Assembly: GCA_039208735.1 (NCBI GenBank)
Contig: JBCCQY010000035.1
Coordinates: forward strand, 1-64,000
Length of the DNA stretch: 64,000 bases
Direction of reading: 5' to 3'
Origin: Myxococcota bacterium
Lineage (GTDB): Bacteria; Myxococcota_A; UBA796; GCA-2862545
The notes under the pieces were generated by a model. It ran no database searches, had not been told where the DNA came from, and saw nothing but the letters and a program-made list of their open reading frames with translations. Shown here in pieces: positions 1 through 8,739 of the stretch (position 1 is the stretch's first letter; each line of letters starts with the position of its first letter). The position numbers were made by a program, and so were the translations under genes.

Positions 1-2856
1 CGGCGGCGGTGGGGGAGGCGGTGCAGGCGCCGGTACCGGCTCGGGGTCGAGTTCCTTCATGCCCTCGAAGGTCTGGCTGGGGTCGAGTTCCGTCTTCACC
101 ACAGCTTCAGCGGCAATCTCGGCGAGCTTCGCCTCGACTTCTACCTCTTCGTCTTCGGCGGCCGCTTCGGGCTCCGCTTCTTCGGGCGCGGGCTCGGCTT
201 CCTCGGGCGGATCATCAAAGCGCTCGACCACTTCGAACGCTTCGTTGTCTCCGTGAGGCGCTCCTACCGCGAACAGTTCCTGTGCGAAGGGCTGCTGGGC
301 CACGTAAACCACGATGCCCACGACCGAGACGGCGCCAATGAAGCCCATCACCGCGACGGCAGCGAACACCACGCGCCAGCTGATTCCGGCTTCTGCATCT
401 TCGTCTTCGACATCGTCCGAGACCAGGCGACCCCGCAAAATGTCTTCGCGTGACGGGCCAGGCGCTTCGCGAGGGCTGAAGTCCCGTAGCTGCGCCGTGG
501 GCTCCTGCATGGCTGGATTCCCGATGGGGACCGGGGCCGGTTCAAACCCGCTTGGACGCTCGTCGAAGCTGGGAGGAACGAGCGTCCCTCCGCGGCCGTT
601 GGGAGGGCTCGACGGAACCGCTGGGTCAATGGGAAACGCCGATGAGGGCGAACGCGACATCGACCGCGGTGGAAGCTCGGGCAATGGAGAGCGGGCTTCC
701 ATCGTACGATCTTGGGGATCGTCGGTCGCAGCAAAGTCACGGGGCGGCAAAGGAGGCGCCGACCGACCGAGCGGCGCGGGATCGTTGCCGAACCCACCGG
801 AGGGAAGCTCGGCGGCCCGCGGCAAGTTCATGGTGGCGTCGTCATTGACCTCTTCAACACCGTCAAAACCCGCATCAACCCCTGCATCGAAGGTGGGGTC
901 GTCGAAAACGCGGATGCTGTCTTCCAGCGCCAAGCCCGGCTTCCAAGCGGTCGCCGGGTCGTCGGCCGGCTCTTCATCCGTTCCCTCACGCTCCCACAAG
1001 GTAGCAGCGTGTTCACGCGTATCGACTTCATCTTCGTCGACGAAGTTCTCGAAGTCGGTCGTGCCCAGCGGGTTGTTGAAGGCGCTGTCGCGGAACCCAG
1101 GCGATTCGCCGGTATGCCCGCGGGTGGTCATCGTGACCGGATCTTGGGTTTCGCCCAAGCCTTGGTCGAGCGGACCCGGTCCGCCACGCCACGCGGGTCG
1201 GTCCTTCCAGTCGACGTTGGGCTCGACATCGGCCCGAGGATTCCAACTGTCGGGGTCGGCCGCGTCTTCTCCGTTGGTAAACGAAGGCTCTCCTGACCAA
1301 GCCGGCTCCGGGGACACCACCGGCGCGCCTAAACCGTTTTCGACGACGAAGCCCCCTGCGTCGTCCCGAACCACCCGAGCAAACTCGGTTGGCGCATCAT
1401 CGCCACGCTCATCATCGCGACCCACATGGGTGTCGCTGTTCTCGAACAACAATCGCTCATCGTCATCGAGCGGGCGACGATGGACGTCGTCGAACGACAG
1501 CTGCTCCTTGAGCGTTTCGAGGGTCAACGACCCCGGCCCAATGGTGGGCTCTTCGTCTTCGGCAACGGCGGATTGCAGCGGCGGGGCCATGCGCGGGGGA
1601 GCGGGTCGGGCCGAACGGGCCGGAGGCTGCGGGACCGATCGAGATGCCGGAGGAGCCGCCGGAGCAGCGCGCTTCGCGGGGGTTGGCCGGGGGGTCGGGG
1701 CCCGCTGAACGGGCGCAGACTTTGGTGGCGTCCGGTTCGGAGCCTGGGGCGCAGGGCGCGGGGTCGCCCGAGCTGACAGCCGCTCCTCGGGGGGCTTCGG
1801 CGGACGCGGGGGCGGTTCTTCGTCGAACTCCGGCGCGAACGTCTTGGGCCTCAAGTCCGGTCGCTTTTTGACCTCGGGCAATGGGCCCACGTGGGTGGGA
1901 GTACTCTCGCCAAAGTCATCGGACAGTCGGTCATCTTCGACAAACACTGGGCCGAAGAACGCCCGTGACACTTCATCGATGTCGGCAAAGGAAAACCCGG
2001 CCATCAGGCCTCGAAGGTCTTCCCGCAAGACGAAGGCCCGCTGGTAGCGGTGGCGCGGATTGAGGGAAAGCGCACGGAACAGGACGCGATCGAGGCCCGG
2101 CAACGCCTCCTTGACTTCGAGCAGCTGCGTCGTGACCTCGGCCCGACGGATCTGCTGGATGATCTGCAAGGTACCTTCCGCCTCAAACATGGCCTTCAGC
2201 ACAAGCAGCTCGTACAGCACGATACCGAGCGAGAAAATGTCGGACGCTGGCGAAAGCCTTGGATCGGGCTGAGTTTGTTCCGGCGAAAGATACCGCACGA
2301 TGTCGCTGACGTCTTGATTCGTCGAAGACCCCGAATTGGGGATCGGCGAACGGGTCAACCCAAACCGACCGAGCTGCACCCGCCCTGAGGGGTCGATCCG
2401 AACCGCCTCCGGCGACAACGCCAAGTGCAGGATGTGTTCTGCGCCGGTCGTGGCCGCACGTCGGCCATGCAACGCCTCAAGGCCATTGCAAATCTGCGTC
2501 GCCACATTGAGGAAGACGTTGTGGGGCATGGTGAGTTTTTCGCGGGAGGCCCGCTTGATCACCGTTCGAAGGCTGACCGATTCCGACCACTCTTCGAGGA
2601 CCCACAAGTCCGTGTCCGTCGCAACCGCATCGAGCACGGGCACCAACGACGGGTGGCGCACCGTCATGAGGTCGCGAACTCGGGATTCGATGAAGGCGCG
2701 CTGGGAAGGGTCTCGCGCGATGGCCGGTGCAACCCTTCGGGCGACGACCTGCTTACCGGCTGGCTCTTCGAGGATTGCGACGTATGCCTCGGAGTTTCGG
2801 CCTCCGTCCAAGCGTCGCATCAATGTGAAGGAACCGACCTTTTTGGGGAGAAGCAT
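1..2856 (-). CDS. Membrane-anchored Hanks-type Ser/Thr kinase-like protein, probably a pseudokinase; 3' end lies outside the window
   Basis: Not in the ORF track because no stop lies in the window. Spot-translated from ATG at 2856 (MLLPKKVGSFTLMRRL...). Kinase subdomains YLSPEQ and SDIFSLGIVLYELL are present, but the catalytic loop reads HLALSPEAV and DFG reads RFG. A long acidic/Pro linker, a TM segment (VVFAAVAVMGFIGAVSVVGIVVYV) and a Pro/Glu-rich tail follow. Confidence 0.8.
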   Translation of the reverse strand, partial: MLLPKKVGSFTLMRRLDGGRNSEAYVAILEEPAGKQVVARRVAPAIARDPSQRAFIESRVRDLMTVRHPSLVPVLDAVATDTDLWVLEEWSESVSLRTVIKRASREKLTMPHNVFLNVATQICNGLEALHGRRAATTGAEHILHLALSPEAVRIDPSGRVQLGRFGLTRSPIPNSGSSTNQDVSDIVRYLSPEQTQPDPRLSPASDIFSLGIVLYELLVLKAMFEAEGTLQIIQQIRRAEVTTQLLEVKEALPGLDRVLFRALSLNPRHRYQRAFVLREDLRGLMAGFSFADIDEVSRAFFGPVFVEDDRLSDDFGESTPTHVGPLPEVKKRPDLRPKTFAPEFDEEPPPRPPKPPEERLSARATPRPAPQAPNRTPPKSAPVQRAPTPRPTPAKRAAPAAPPASRSVPQPPARSARPAPPRMAPPLQSAVAEDEEPTIGPGSLTLETLKEQLSFDDVHRRPLDDDERLLFENSDTHVGRDDERGDDAPTEFARVVRDDAGGFVVENGLGAPVVSPEPAWSGEPSFTNGEDAADPDSWNPRADVEPNVDWKDRPAWRGGPGPLDQGLGETQDPVTMTTRGHTGESPGFRDSAFNNPLGTTDFENFVDEDEVDTREHAATLWEREGTDEEPADDPATAWKPGLALEDSIRVFDDPTFDAGVDAGFDGVEEVNDDATMNLPRAAELPSGGFGNDPAPLGRSAPPLPPRDFAATDDPQDRTMEARSPLPELPPRSMSRSPSSAFPIDPAVPSSPPNGRGGTLVPPSFDERPSGFEPAPVPIGNPAMQEPTAQLRDFSPREAPGPSREDILRGRLVSDDVEDEDAEAGISWRVVFAAVAVMGFIGAVSVVGIVVYVAQQPFAQELFAVGAPHGDNEAFEVVERFDDPPEEAEPAPEEAEPEAAAEDEEVEVEAKLAEIAAEAVVKTELDPSQTFEGMKELDPEPVPAPAPPPPPPP

Positions 2857-3142
2857 CGTTTCTCTCGAAGGCCCGGGGGGAGGGGCGACAGTAGTCGAAA
2901 CAGCCTGACGACGTCAATGTCGGTCAGCGACGGGCAGCGGCTCGACCGAGCAAGGGGAGCGGGCAGTGCCGGACTAGCCCTCCCCCAACCAGCGTGCAAG
3001 ACCAGCGTTTGTCCAAGGACCGCGACGATTGCAGGAGCCCGCTTGCCGCCGGTTCGACGCGACGGTCTCGCGGGTTACGCCTCGGGACTCGTCCCCGCAA
3101 GCACTCACGCACGGTGTGAGCACGAAGCCTCTCGGAGTGTCG

Positions 3143-4693
3143 ATGTCGTCCCCGTTCGCCCTGCTCTCCACGTCTGACAAGACGGGCCTGCCCGACCTGG
3201 GTCGTGCCCTGGTCACGGCTGGCTACACCTTGCTTTCTACGGGCGGAACCGCGAAGGTCCTTCGCGAGGCGGGCCTCGATGTTCGCGACGTCAGTGAACA
3301 CACCGGCGCAGCCGAAATGATGAACGGTCGAGTCAAGACTCTGCATCCGCGAATTCATGGGGGCATCCTTGGCGATCGGGAGCGGCACGCCGAGGAGGCC
3401 GCGAGCCACGACATTCCATGGATCGATGTGGTGGTCTGCAACCTTTACCCGTTCGAGTCAACCGTCGCGGCAGGAGCCACGACCGAACAGGCGATCGAGA
3501 CGATCGACATCGGCGGACCCTCCATGGTTCGGGCCGCGGCCAAGAACCATCAATCGGTCACCGTAGTGGTGGATCCAAGCGACTATCCCCAACTGATCGA
3601 GGCGTTGAGGGGAGCTGGGGTTTCGCTCGAACTGCGACGAACCCTCGCCCTAAAAGCGTTCCAGCACACCTCTCGCTACGATGCGGTGATCGCGGACTGG
3701 CTGGCCAAGGCTTCCGACAAGCGTTCGGACTTTCCGAGCGAACACACGCTGGGCCTTCGGCGAAAAGCGGTGCTCCGATACGGAGAGAACCCGCATCAGC
3801 AAGCGGCGTTCTACGCGGATCCGGGCCGAGACGGTCGCACATTGGGTGAACTGATCCAGCATCAGGGCAAAGCGCTTTCGTTCAACAACCTCGCGGATCT
3901 CGATGGGGCGATCCGGGTGGTCTTTGAGCATGACGATCCGGCTTGCGCGATCATCAAGCACATGAATCCCGCGGGTTGTGCGACGGCTCCCGATCTTCCA
4001 CAAGCCTTCGACGACGCCCTGGCCGGCGACCCAATCTCGGCGTTCGGGGGAATTGTGGCCTTCAACCGCCCGGTGGATGGACCCACGGTTCAGCGACTGC
4101 GGCAATCCCGGACCTTCTTCGAGGTGCTTGTGGCCCCAGGGTTCGACGAGGACGCACTCGAACGGCTGAAACCGCGGGAGAAGCTTCGGGTCATCGAGCT
4201 ACCAGCCGACTGGGCCCGCCGGGGTCCGGTGGGTCGAGATGCGCGTCGCATTCAAGGGGGTTGGCTCATCCAGGATTGGGACATCCACGCAAGCTTCGCG
4301 TTCGATGTAAAGACCAAGCGTGCGCCTACGCCCGACGAGGAAGCCGCCCTCAGGTTTGCGTGGGCCTCCTGTCGAGGCGTGAAATCCAACGCGATCGTGT
4401 TGGCCCGCCCCACGGCGACAGGCATGGCCTTGAACGGGGTTGGGGCTGGCCAAATGAGCCGCGTCGATTCCGTTCACCTTGCCATTCGCAAGGCCACGCG
4501 AGAGGTCGCTGGATCGGCGCTCGCCTCTGATGCGTTCTTCCCGTTTGCCGACGGCATTCAGGGAGCGGCGGAAGCGGGCATCACCGCGATCATCCAGCCC
4601 GGTGGATCGATCCGGGACGACGAGGTCATCGCCGCTGCCGATGCGGCGAACATCGCGATGGTCTTCACCGGCACCCGTCACTTCCGACACTGA
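3143..4693 (+). CDS. purH: Bifunctional AICAR transformylase/IMP cyclohydrolase
   Basis: [63 protein letters not shown] and FTGTRHFRH motifs. Start moved to ATG 3143 (GGAG upstream). Confidence 0.97.
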   Translation: MSSPFALLSTSDKTGLPDLGRALVTAGYTLLSTGGTAKVLREAGLDVRDVSEHTGAAEMMNGRVKTLHPRIHGGILGDRERHAEEAASHDIPWIDVVVCNLYPFESTVAAGATTEQAIETIDIGGPSMVRAAAKNHQSVTVVVDPSDYPQLIEALRGAGVSLELRRTLALKAFQHTSRYDAVIADWLAKASDKRSDFPSEHTLGLRRKAVLRYGENPHQQAAFYADPGRDGRTLGELIQHQGKALSFNNLADLDGAIRVVFEHDDPACAIIKHMNPAGCATAPDLPQAFDDALAGDPISAFGGIVAFNRPVDGPTVQRLRQSRTFFEVLVAPGFDEDALERLKPREKLRVIELPADWARRGPVGRDARRIQGGWLIQDWDIHASFAFDVKTKRAPTPDEEAALRFAWASCRGVKSNAIVLARPTATGMALNGVGAGQMSRVDSVHLAIRKATREVAGSALASDAFFPFADGIQGAAEAGITAIIQPGGSIRDDEVIAAADAANIAMVFTGTRHFRH

Positions 4694-4702
4694 GAGGCAG
4701 CC

Positions 4703-5947
4703 ATGCGCGTCGTCCTCGTGGGATCGGGGGGTCGTGAGACCGCCCTCGCCGCTGCCATCGCGCGTTCGCCGACGCTCGAGGCGCTCTATGTCACCGCTCC
4801 TCATCCCGGTTGGCCTGCCTTGGCCATCGTGCCGGACGAACCACAAGAGCCCCTCGCCCTCGCCCAAGCGATGAACGCCGATCTGATGGTCATCGGTCCG
4901 GAGGCCCCCCTCGCGGACGGACTGGCCGATCGCTGCCGAGAAGCGGGTATCGCTGCGTTTGGGCCCGGCCGCGCGGCGGCGGCGCTTGAGACCAGCAAAG
5001 CCTTCACGAAAGAGGTTTGTGCGGCCGCTGGGGTGCAAACCCCCCAAGCCCTCATCGTCGACCGGTCAGACCCAACCCAGATGACGGCCGCTCGAGCACG
5101 ATGCGACCGTGGCGATGTTGTCGTAAAGGCGGACGGTCTGGCCGCGGGCAAGGGGGTCATCGTATGTCGAACCCCCGAAGAAGCTCATCAGGCGCTGGAT
5201 GCCATGGATCGGTTTGGTGACGCCGCTCGACGGCTGGTGCTCGAGGATCGGATCGAGGGTCCAGAGGTGAGCGTCTTTGCGTTGTGCGACGGCACGCGGG
5301 CGATGCCGCTGCCCGCCGCACACGACCATAAAGCGCTGCTCGACGGCAATCGCGGTCCCAATACGGGCGGCATGGGCGCGGTGGCGCCATCCGACCGCCT
5401 CACGGAGTCCGAAACCACTTCGCTGGTCGAAGAGGTTCACGCCAAGGTGATCGCGGAGCTTGCTCGCCGGGGCACACCGTTTCATGGTGTGTTGTACGGC
5501 GGGTTCATGCTGACCAAGGACGGCCCTGCCCTCCTCGAATTCAACGTCCGGTTCGGCGACCCTGAGTGCCAGCCGTTGATGACCTTGTGGGCCGACGACG
5601 TGCTGCCCTATCTTCACGGCGCTGCGGCGGGACAACTTCCCGCGGTCCCACCACGTTTCGCCAACGAAGTGGCGGTCTGTGTCGTGTTGGCGAGCGCGGG
5701 CTATCCCGAGACCTCGACGAAAGGCGTAGAGATTCCCGAGCCGGACGCCCAGGAGCACGTTCAGGTATTCCTCGCGGGGGCTCGCCGTGACGATGCAGGC
5801 GTGCTGCGTACCAACGGGGGGCGGGTGCTTGGCGTGACCGCCACCGCGAACGACCTCACCACCGCCCGCGAACGGGCTTATGCGGCCATCGAAGGTTGGC
5901 GGTTTGAGGGAAGCCAGCTGCGGTCTGACATTGGGGCTCCCCTGTGA
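4703..5947 (+). CDS. purD: Phosphoribosylamine-glycine ligase
   Basis: GSGGRE, GPEAPL, KADGLAAGKGV, GPNTGGMG, EFNVRFGDPE and TNGGRVL motifs; directly follows purH. Confidence 0.97.
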   Translation: MRVVLVGSGGRETALAAAIARSPTLEALYVTAPHPGWPALAIVPDEPQEPLALAQAMNADLMVIGPEAPLADGLADRCREAGIAAFGPGRAAAALETSKAFTKEVCAAAGVQTPQALIVDRSDPTQMTAARARCDRGDVVVKADGLAAGKGVIVCRTPEEAHQALDAMDRFGDAARRLVLEDRIEGPEVSVFALCDGTRAMPLPAAHDHKALLDGNRGPNTGGMGAVAPSDRLTESETTSLVEEVHAKVIAELARRGTPFHGVLYGGFMLTKDGPALLEFNVRFGDPECQPLMTLWADDVLPYLHGAAAGQLPAVPPRFANEVAVCVVLASAGYPETSTKGVEIPEPDAQEHVQVFLAGARRDDAGVLRTNGGRVLGVTATANDLTTARERAYAAIEGWRFEGSQLRSDIGAPL

Positions 5948-6486
5948 CCACCGGTCGCGTTCGCATGATCGAACGGCAGACTTCGGGCGATGCGTTGCTC
6001 GAAGGCGAGACCTTACTGCCGATCGTGCGAGGGCTGGCGGCGCCCGAACGAGTCGCCTGGGTCGCAGTCGTGGTGCGGGCCCAGCGCATCGAGTTGATCG
6101 ACCCTCGCCCCTTCGCGAAGGCAGGCCCCGATGTGATGCGGTTCATGGCGGGATTGACTCGCAGCCACCCCGCCAATGCAGGTCCCGCGTTAGCCGTCGG
6201 GATTGCAGGGACGCTTCAGCTGAACCTTCAAACTCGCAACACCAAGTCCCGGGCAACTCCGATCGCCCTTGCGTTCCTCGAAGCGCCAGACTGTGACTGG
6301 TGGATGTGGCAGCGATTCTTGGGCATGGACGAGGAGGAGGAGTCCGAGGCGCCCGAACAGATCCTCACGGCTCGGCGAGGCGATGCACTTCCCAACGGAC
6401 TGGGGCGATGGTGGTCGCTCGGGCGCCGGGCTCGCTTGAAAGTCCAGTTTGAACCACAAACGCCAACGTCAGAAATGATCCACTAG
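5944..6486 (+). CDS. Hypothetical protein
   Basis: GTGA overlap with the purD stop; protein-like 180 aa sequence with no recognised motif. Confidence 0.7.
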   Translation: MTTGRVRMIERQTSGDALLEGETLLPIVRGLAAPERVAWVAVVVRAQRIELIDPRPFAKAGPDVMRFMAGLTRSHPANAGPALAVGIAGTLQLNLQTRNTKSRATPIALAFLEAPDCDWWMWQRFLGMDEEEESEAPEQILTARRGDALPNGLGRWWSLGRRARLKVQFEPQTPTSEMIH

Positions 6487-6497
6487 CGGAACCCTCG

Positions 6498-7556
6498 TCA
6501 GCTCGGCGGATCCACGATCTGCGGCCACAGTGCATCGGCACGCTTTCGCCCCTGCCGAACCTGCGCACAGAACCATTGCCATCGTGCAATGTGCTGTTTG
6601 GGTGCAGGTGCATCACAGACCTCAAAGGAATGGGACGCCGACTCGGTGAATCGCCCCCCAAGAAAGCGAAACACCGAGATCAATTGCCGATTCGCATCGC
6701 CATCGCCCTCGGCGGCCAACGCGGAACGAAGGCCCGTCGCCACGCTGTCTTCGGCCGCCCCCAGCGGGGGCAGGATGGAGTTGGGCGGCAACAACACGAG
6801 ATGGGAGGCCAGCTCTGCGATGTGATGCATGAGCACCAAATCTCGGCCACCATCTTCAGCGGCGAGTTCACGGGCCAAGCCGACCACGGTCTCTGCTCGA
6901 TCGCGAATCGCCGTAGACAGACCGTCGAGAATCGCGCGCATCCCTTGGGGGTCTTCCAGCCGGGCTCTCGCTTCGTCGTCAAAGGCCAAAGGCAACGGAT
7001 CCGCATCGATCGAGCCCGTGGTGAACCGCGTGATCGGTTGTCCTCGACCGCCCGAAAGCGCACGGCCCGCTCGCAACGCCACCGCCAATCGCGTCAGAGG
7101 GGCCACATCCGCGCCAAACAGGACATCCAGAATCGCAGGATCCGTCGACATCCCAAGCGCTTCCATCGCCCGTCGCATCTCACGACCCAGCTCGCGTGCT
7201 TTGGGTCGAGGGTCTCGGGCGAGACGAACGAAGGCTTGGGTGCCCGGATGGTGTCCGTTGCCGCTGCGATCGACAAAGAACCAACCACTGACCCCATGAG
7301 GATGGACCGTCACCATGACAGGACGGCCCGGAGGACCCGGCACTACCACGGTCGCTCCGCTTCCGGCCTCTCGCCCCACCCCACAACTCGCGAGGACCGG
7401 CGCGTAGCACACGGCGGGGCCGGTGATCGGGACGATGTCGTCCGGGTCGCCCACCACATGGACATCCATTCGATATCCAAGCTGACGAGCACGTGTCAGG
7501 AGCATGATCCCTGCTGTGGTCGCACCGGGGCTGCTGCCCCTTAGGTAGACCTCCAC
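6498..7556 (-). CDS. Hypothetical protein with a degenerate Rossmann-like N-terminus
   Basis: GTG start just after GGAGG (7561-7565; GTG 7559 is an alternative). The N-terminus VYLRGSSPGATTAGIMLL...VHVVGD resembles a beta-alpha-beta unit. Confidence 0.7.
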   Translation of the reverse strand: MEVYLRGSSPGATTAGIMLLTRARQLGYRMDVHVVGDPDDIVPITGPAVCYAPVLASCGVGREAGSGATVVVPGPPGRPVMVTVHPHGVSGWFFVDRSGNGHHPGTQAFVRLARDPRPKARELGREMRRAMEALGMSTDPAILDVLFGADVAPLTRLAVALRAGRALSGGRGQPITRFTTGSIDADPLPLAFDDEARARLEDPQGMRAILDGLSTAIRDRAETVVGLARELAAEDGGRDLVLMHHIAELASHLVLLPPNSILPPLGAAEDSVATGLRSALAAEGDGDANRQLISVFRFLGGRFTESASHSFEVCDAPAPKQHIARWQWFCAQVRQGRKRADALWPQIVDPPS

Positions 7557-7776
7557 CACACCTCCGCTTCCCGACTCCGGTATCCCGCGGACCTCGTCAG
7601 GTCCTCCGCGGGGCCCCGCTTTGGGTTCGACAAGCAAGACGATATAAGCGTTCGCGCGTTTCGCCGAGAACCCGGTCCGGCCGTAGCAGACGAAAGAGTG
7701 CAGTAACCGACTGACCTTGTCGGACACCCTGCAGGCACGGTAGGTGCTACAGTAGGAAGATGGTGGAGGGAGGATC

Positions 7777-8736
7777 GTGGCGTCGGAACATGACCGAATC
7801 GCCCAGACCCTCACCCGGGTGTTGAGGTCTCGCGAAGTCGAGACGGACCCACGTGGCTTTGTTGCTGTCGCCGATGCTGCACGCATCGTGGGAAATCGAC
7901 TGGACCTTGAGCTTGCGCCCAAGGACCTCTTGCGGATTGCACGGCGTCATCGCCGTTTCGACCTTCAAGATGGGCGTGTTCGGGCCCGTGAACGGGCGGT
8001 TGCGCCCGACATCGTCTACCACGCATGCACACAGGCCCAGGTCAACCGCTACCTCGATCAGGGGTGTGTGCGACTACCTGGCGGGCGTCCGGTGTTCATG
8101 TCGGATGACGAGAGTCAGGCTTGGCGAGCAGCCCACCGCATGGGGGGAACCCCTCGGGTGTTGTACGTCGATACGGCACGAAATCGCAGAAAGAAGCTTC
8201 GGCTTCAGCGTTCAAAGCGCAGCGGGCTGTACCTCGCGCGCTCGTTGTCCATCCAGGACGTGTTGAACCTTCAGCCTGCCTTCGCCGAACAGCTCTCGGC
8301 GGGGGGCATTCCGGTGCGGTTGGGCGATGACGGCCGACCCCGCATGGCCCTCATTCGGGTGACCCGACGCAGTGGCGTGACATGGGAAGTGGCGAAAGGC
8401 AAGCTCGAGCCTGGTGAGCCGCCCGAATGGGCCGGCGTTCGCGAAGTCCAGGAAGAAATGGGCCTCACCTGCGACCTGAAGGTCCGATGCCTTGTGGGCC
8501 ACGTTCGTTATGGCTTCATGGCTCCCGGGGGCCTGCCCCGACTCAAGACCATCTACCTGTACCTGCTCGAGCCGTGCAGCGAAATTGCGGCCCCCTTCCG
8601 GCCGGCGACGGCCGAGGGCATTCGCGACGTCCGTTGGTTCACGCCCGAGGAGGCGTGCCGCGTGGTCACCCATTCAAGCCTTCGACCCATCATGCGACGG
8701 GCACGTGAACTCGTGGAGCAGCGGCACCGCAGCTGA
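7777..8736 (+). CDS. KptA/Tpt1 (RNA 2'-phosphotransferase)-like domain fused to a Nudix hydrolase
   Basis: The N-half follows the Tpt1 pattern (LTRVLRS..D..GFV, RRF...RVRA, PDIVYHAC, PRVLYVD, SGLYLA). The C-half has a complete Nudix box GKLEPGEPPEWAGVREVQEEMGL. Confidence 0.8.
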   Translation: MASEHDRIAQTLTRVLRSREVETDPRGFVAVADAARIVGNRLDLELAPKDLLRIARRHRRFDLQDGRVRARERAVAPDIVYHACTQAQVNRYLDQGCVRLPGGRPVFMSDDESQAWRAAHRMGGTPRVLYVDTARNRRKKLRLQRSKRSGLYLARSLSIQDVLNLQPAFAEQLSAGGIPVRLGDDGRPRMALIRVTRRSGVTWEVAKGKLEPGEPPEWAGVREVQEEMGLTCDLKVRCLVGHVRYGFMAPGGLPRLKTIYLYLLEPCSEIAAPFRPATAEGIRDVRWFTPEEACRVVTHSSLRPIMRRARELVEQRHRS

Positions 8737-8739
8737 CGA

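Noticed and set aside
314..1708. 464-aa Ser-rich + strand ORF
   Set aside because: Antisense shadow of the acidic linker of the minus-strand pseudokinase.
2857..3142. ZMP/ZTP (pfl) riboswitch upstream of purH
   Set aside because: Only a GGGGAGCG fragment is present; the GACTGGCG...GTGG/CCAC and CGCCTGGGC elements were not found.
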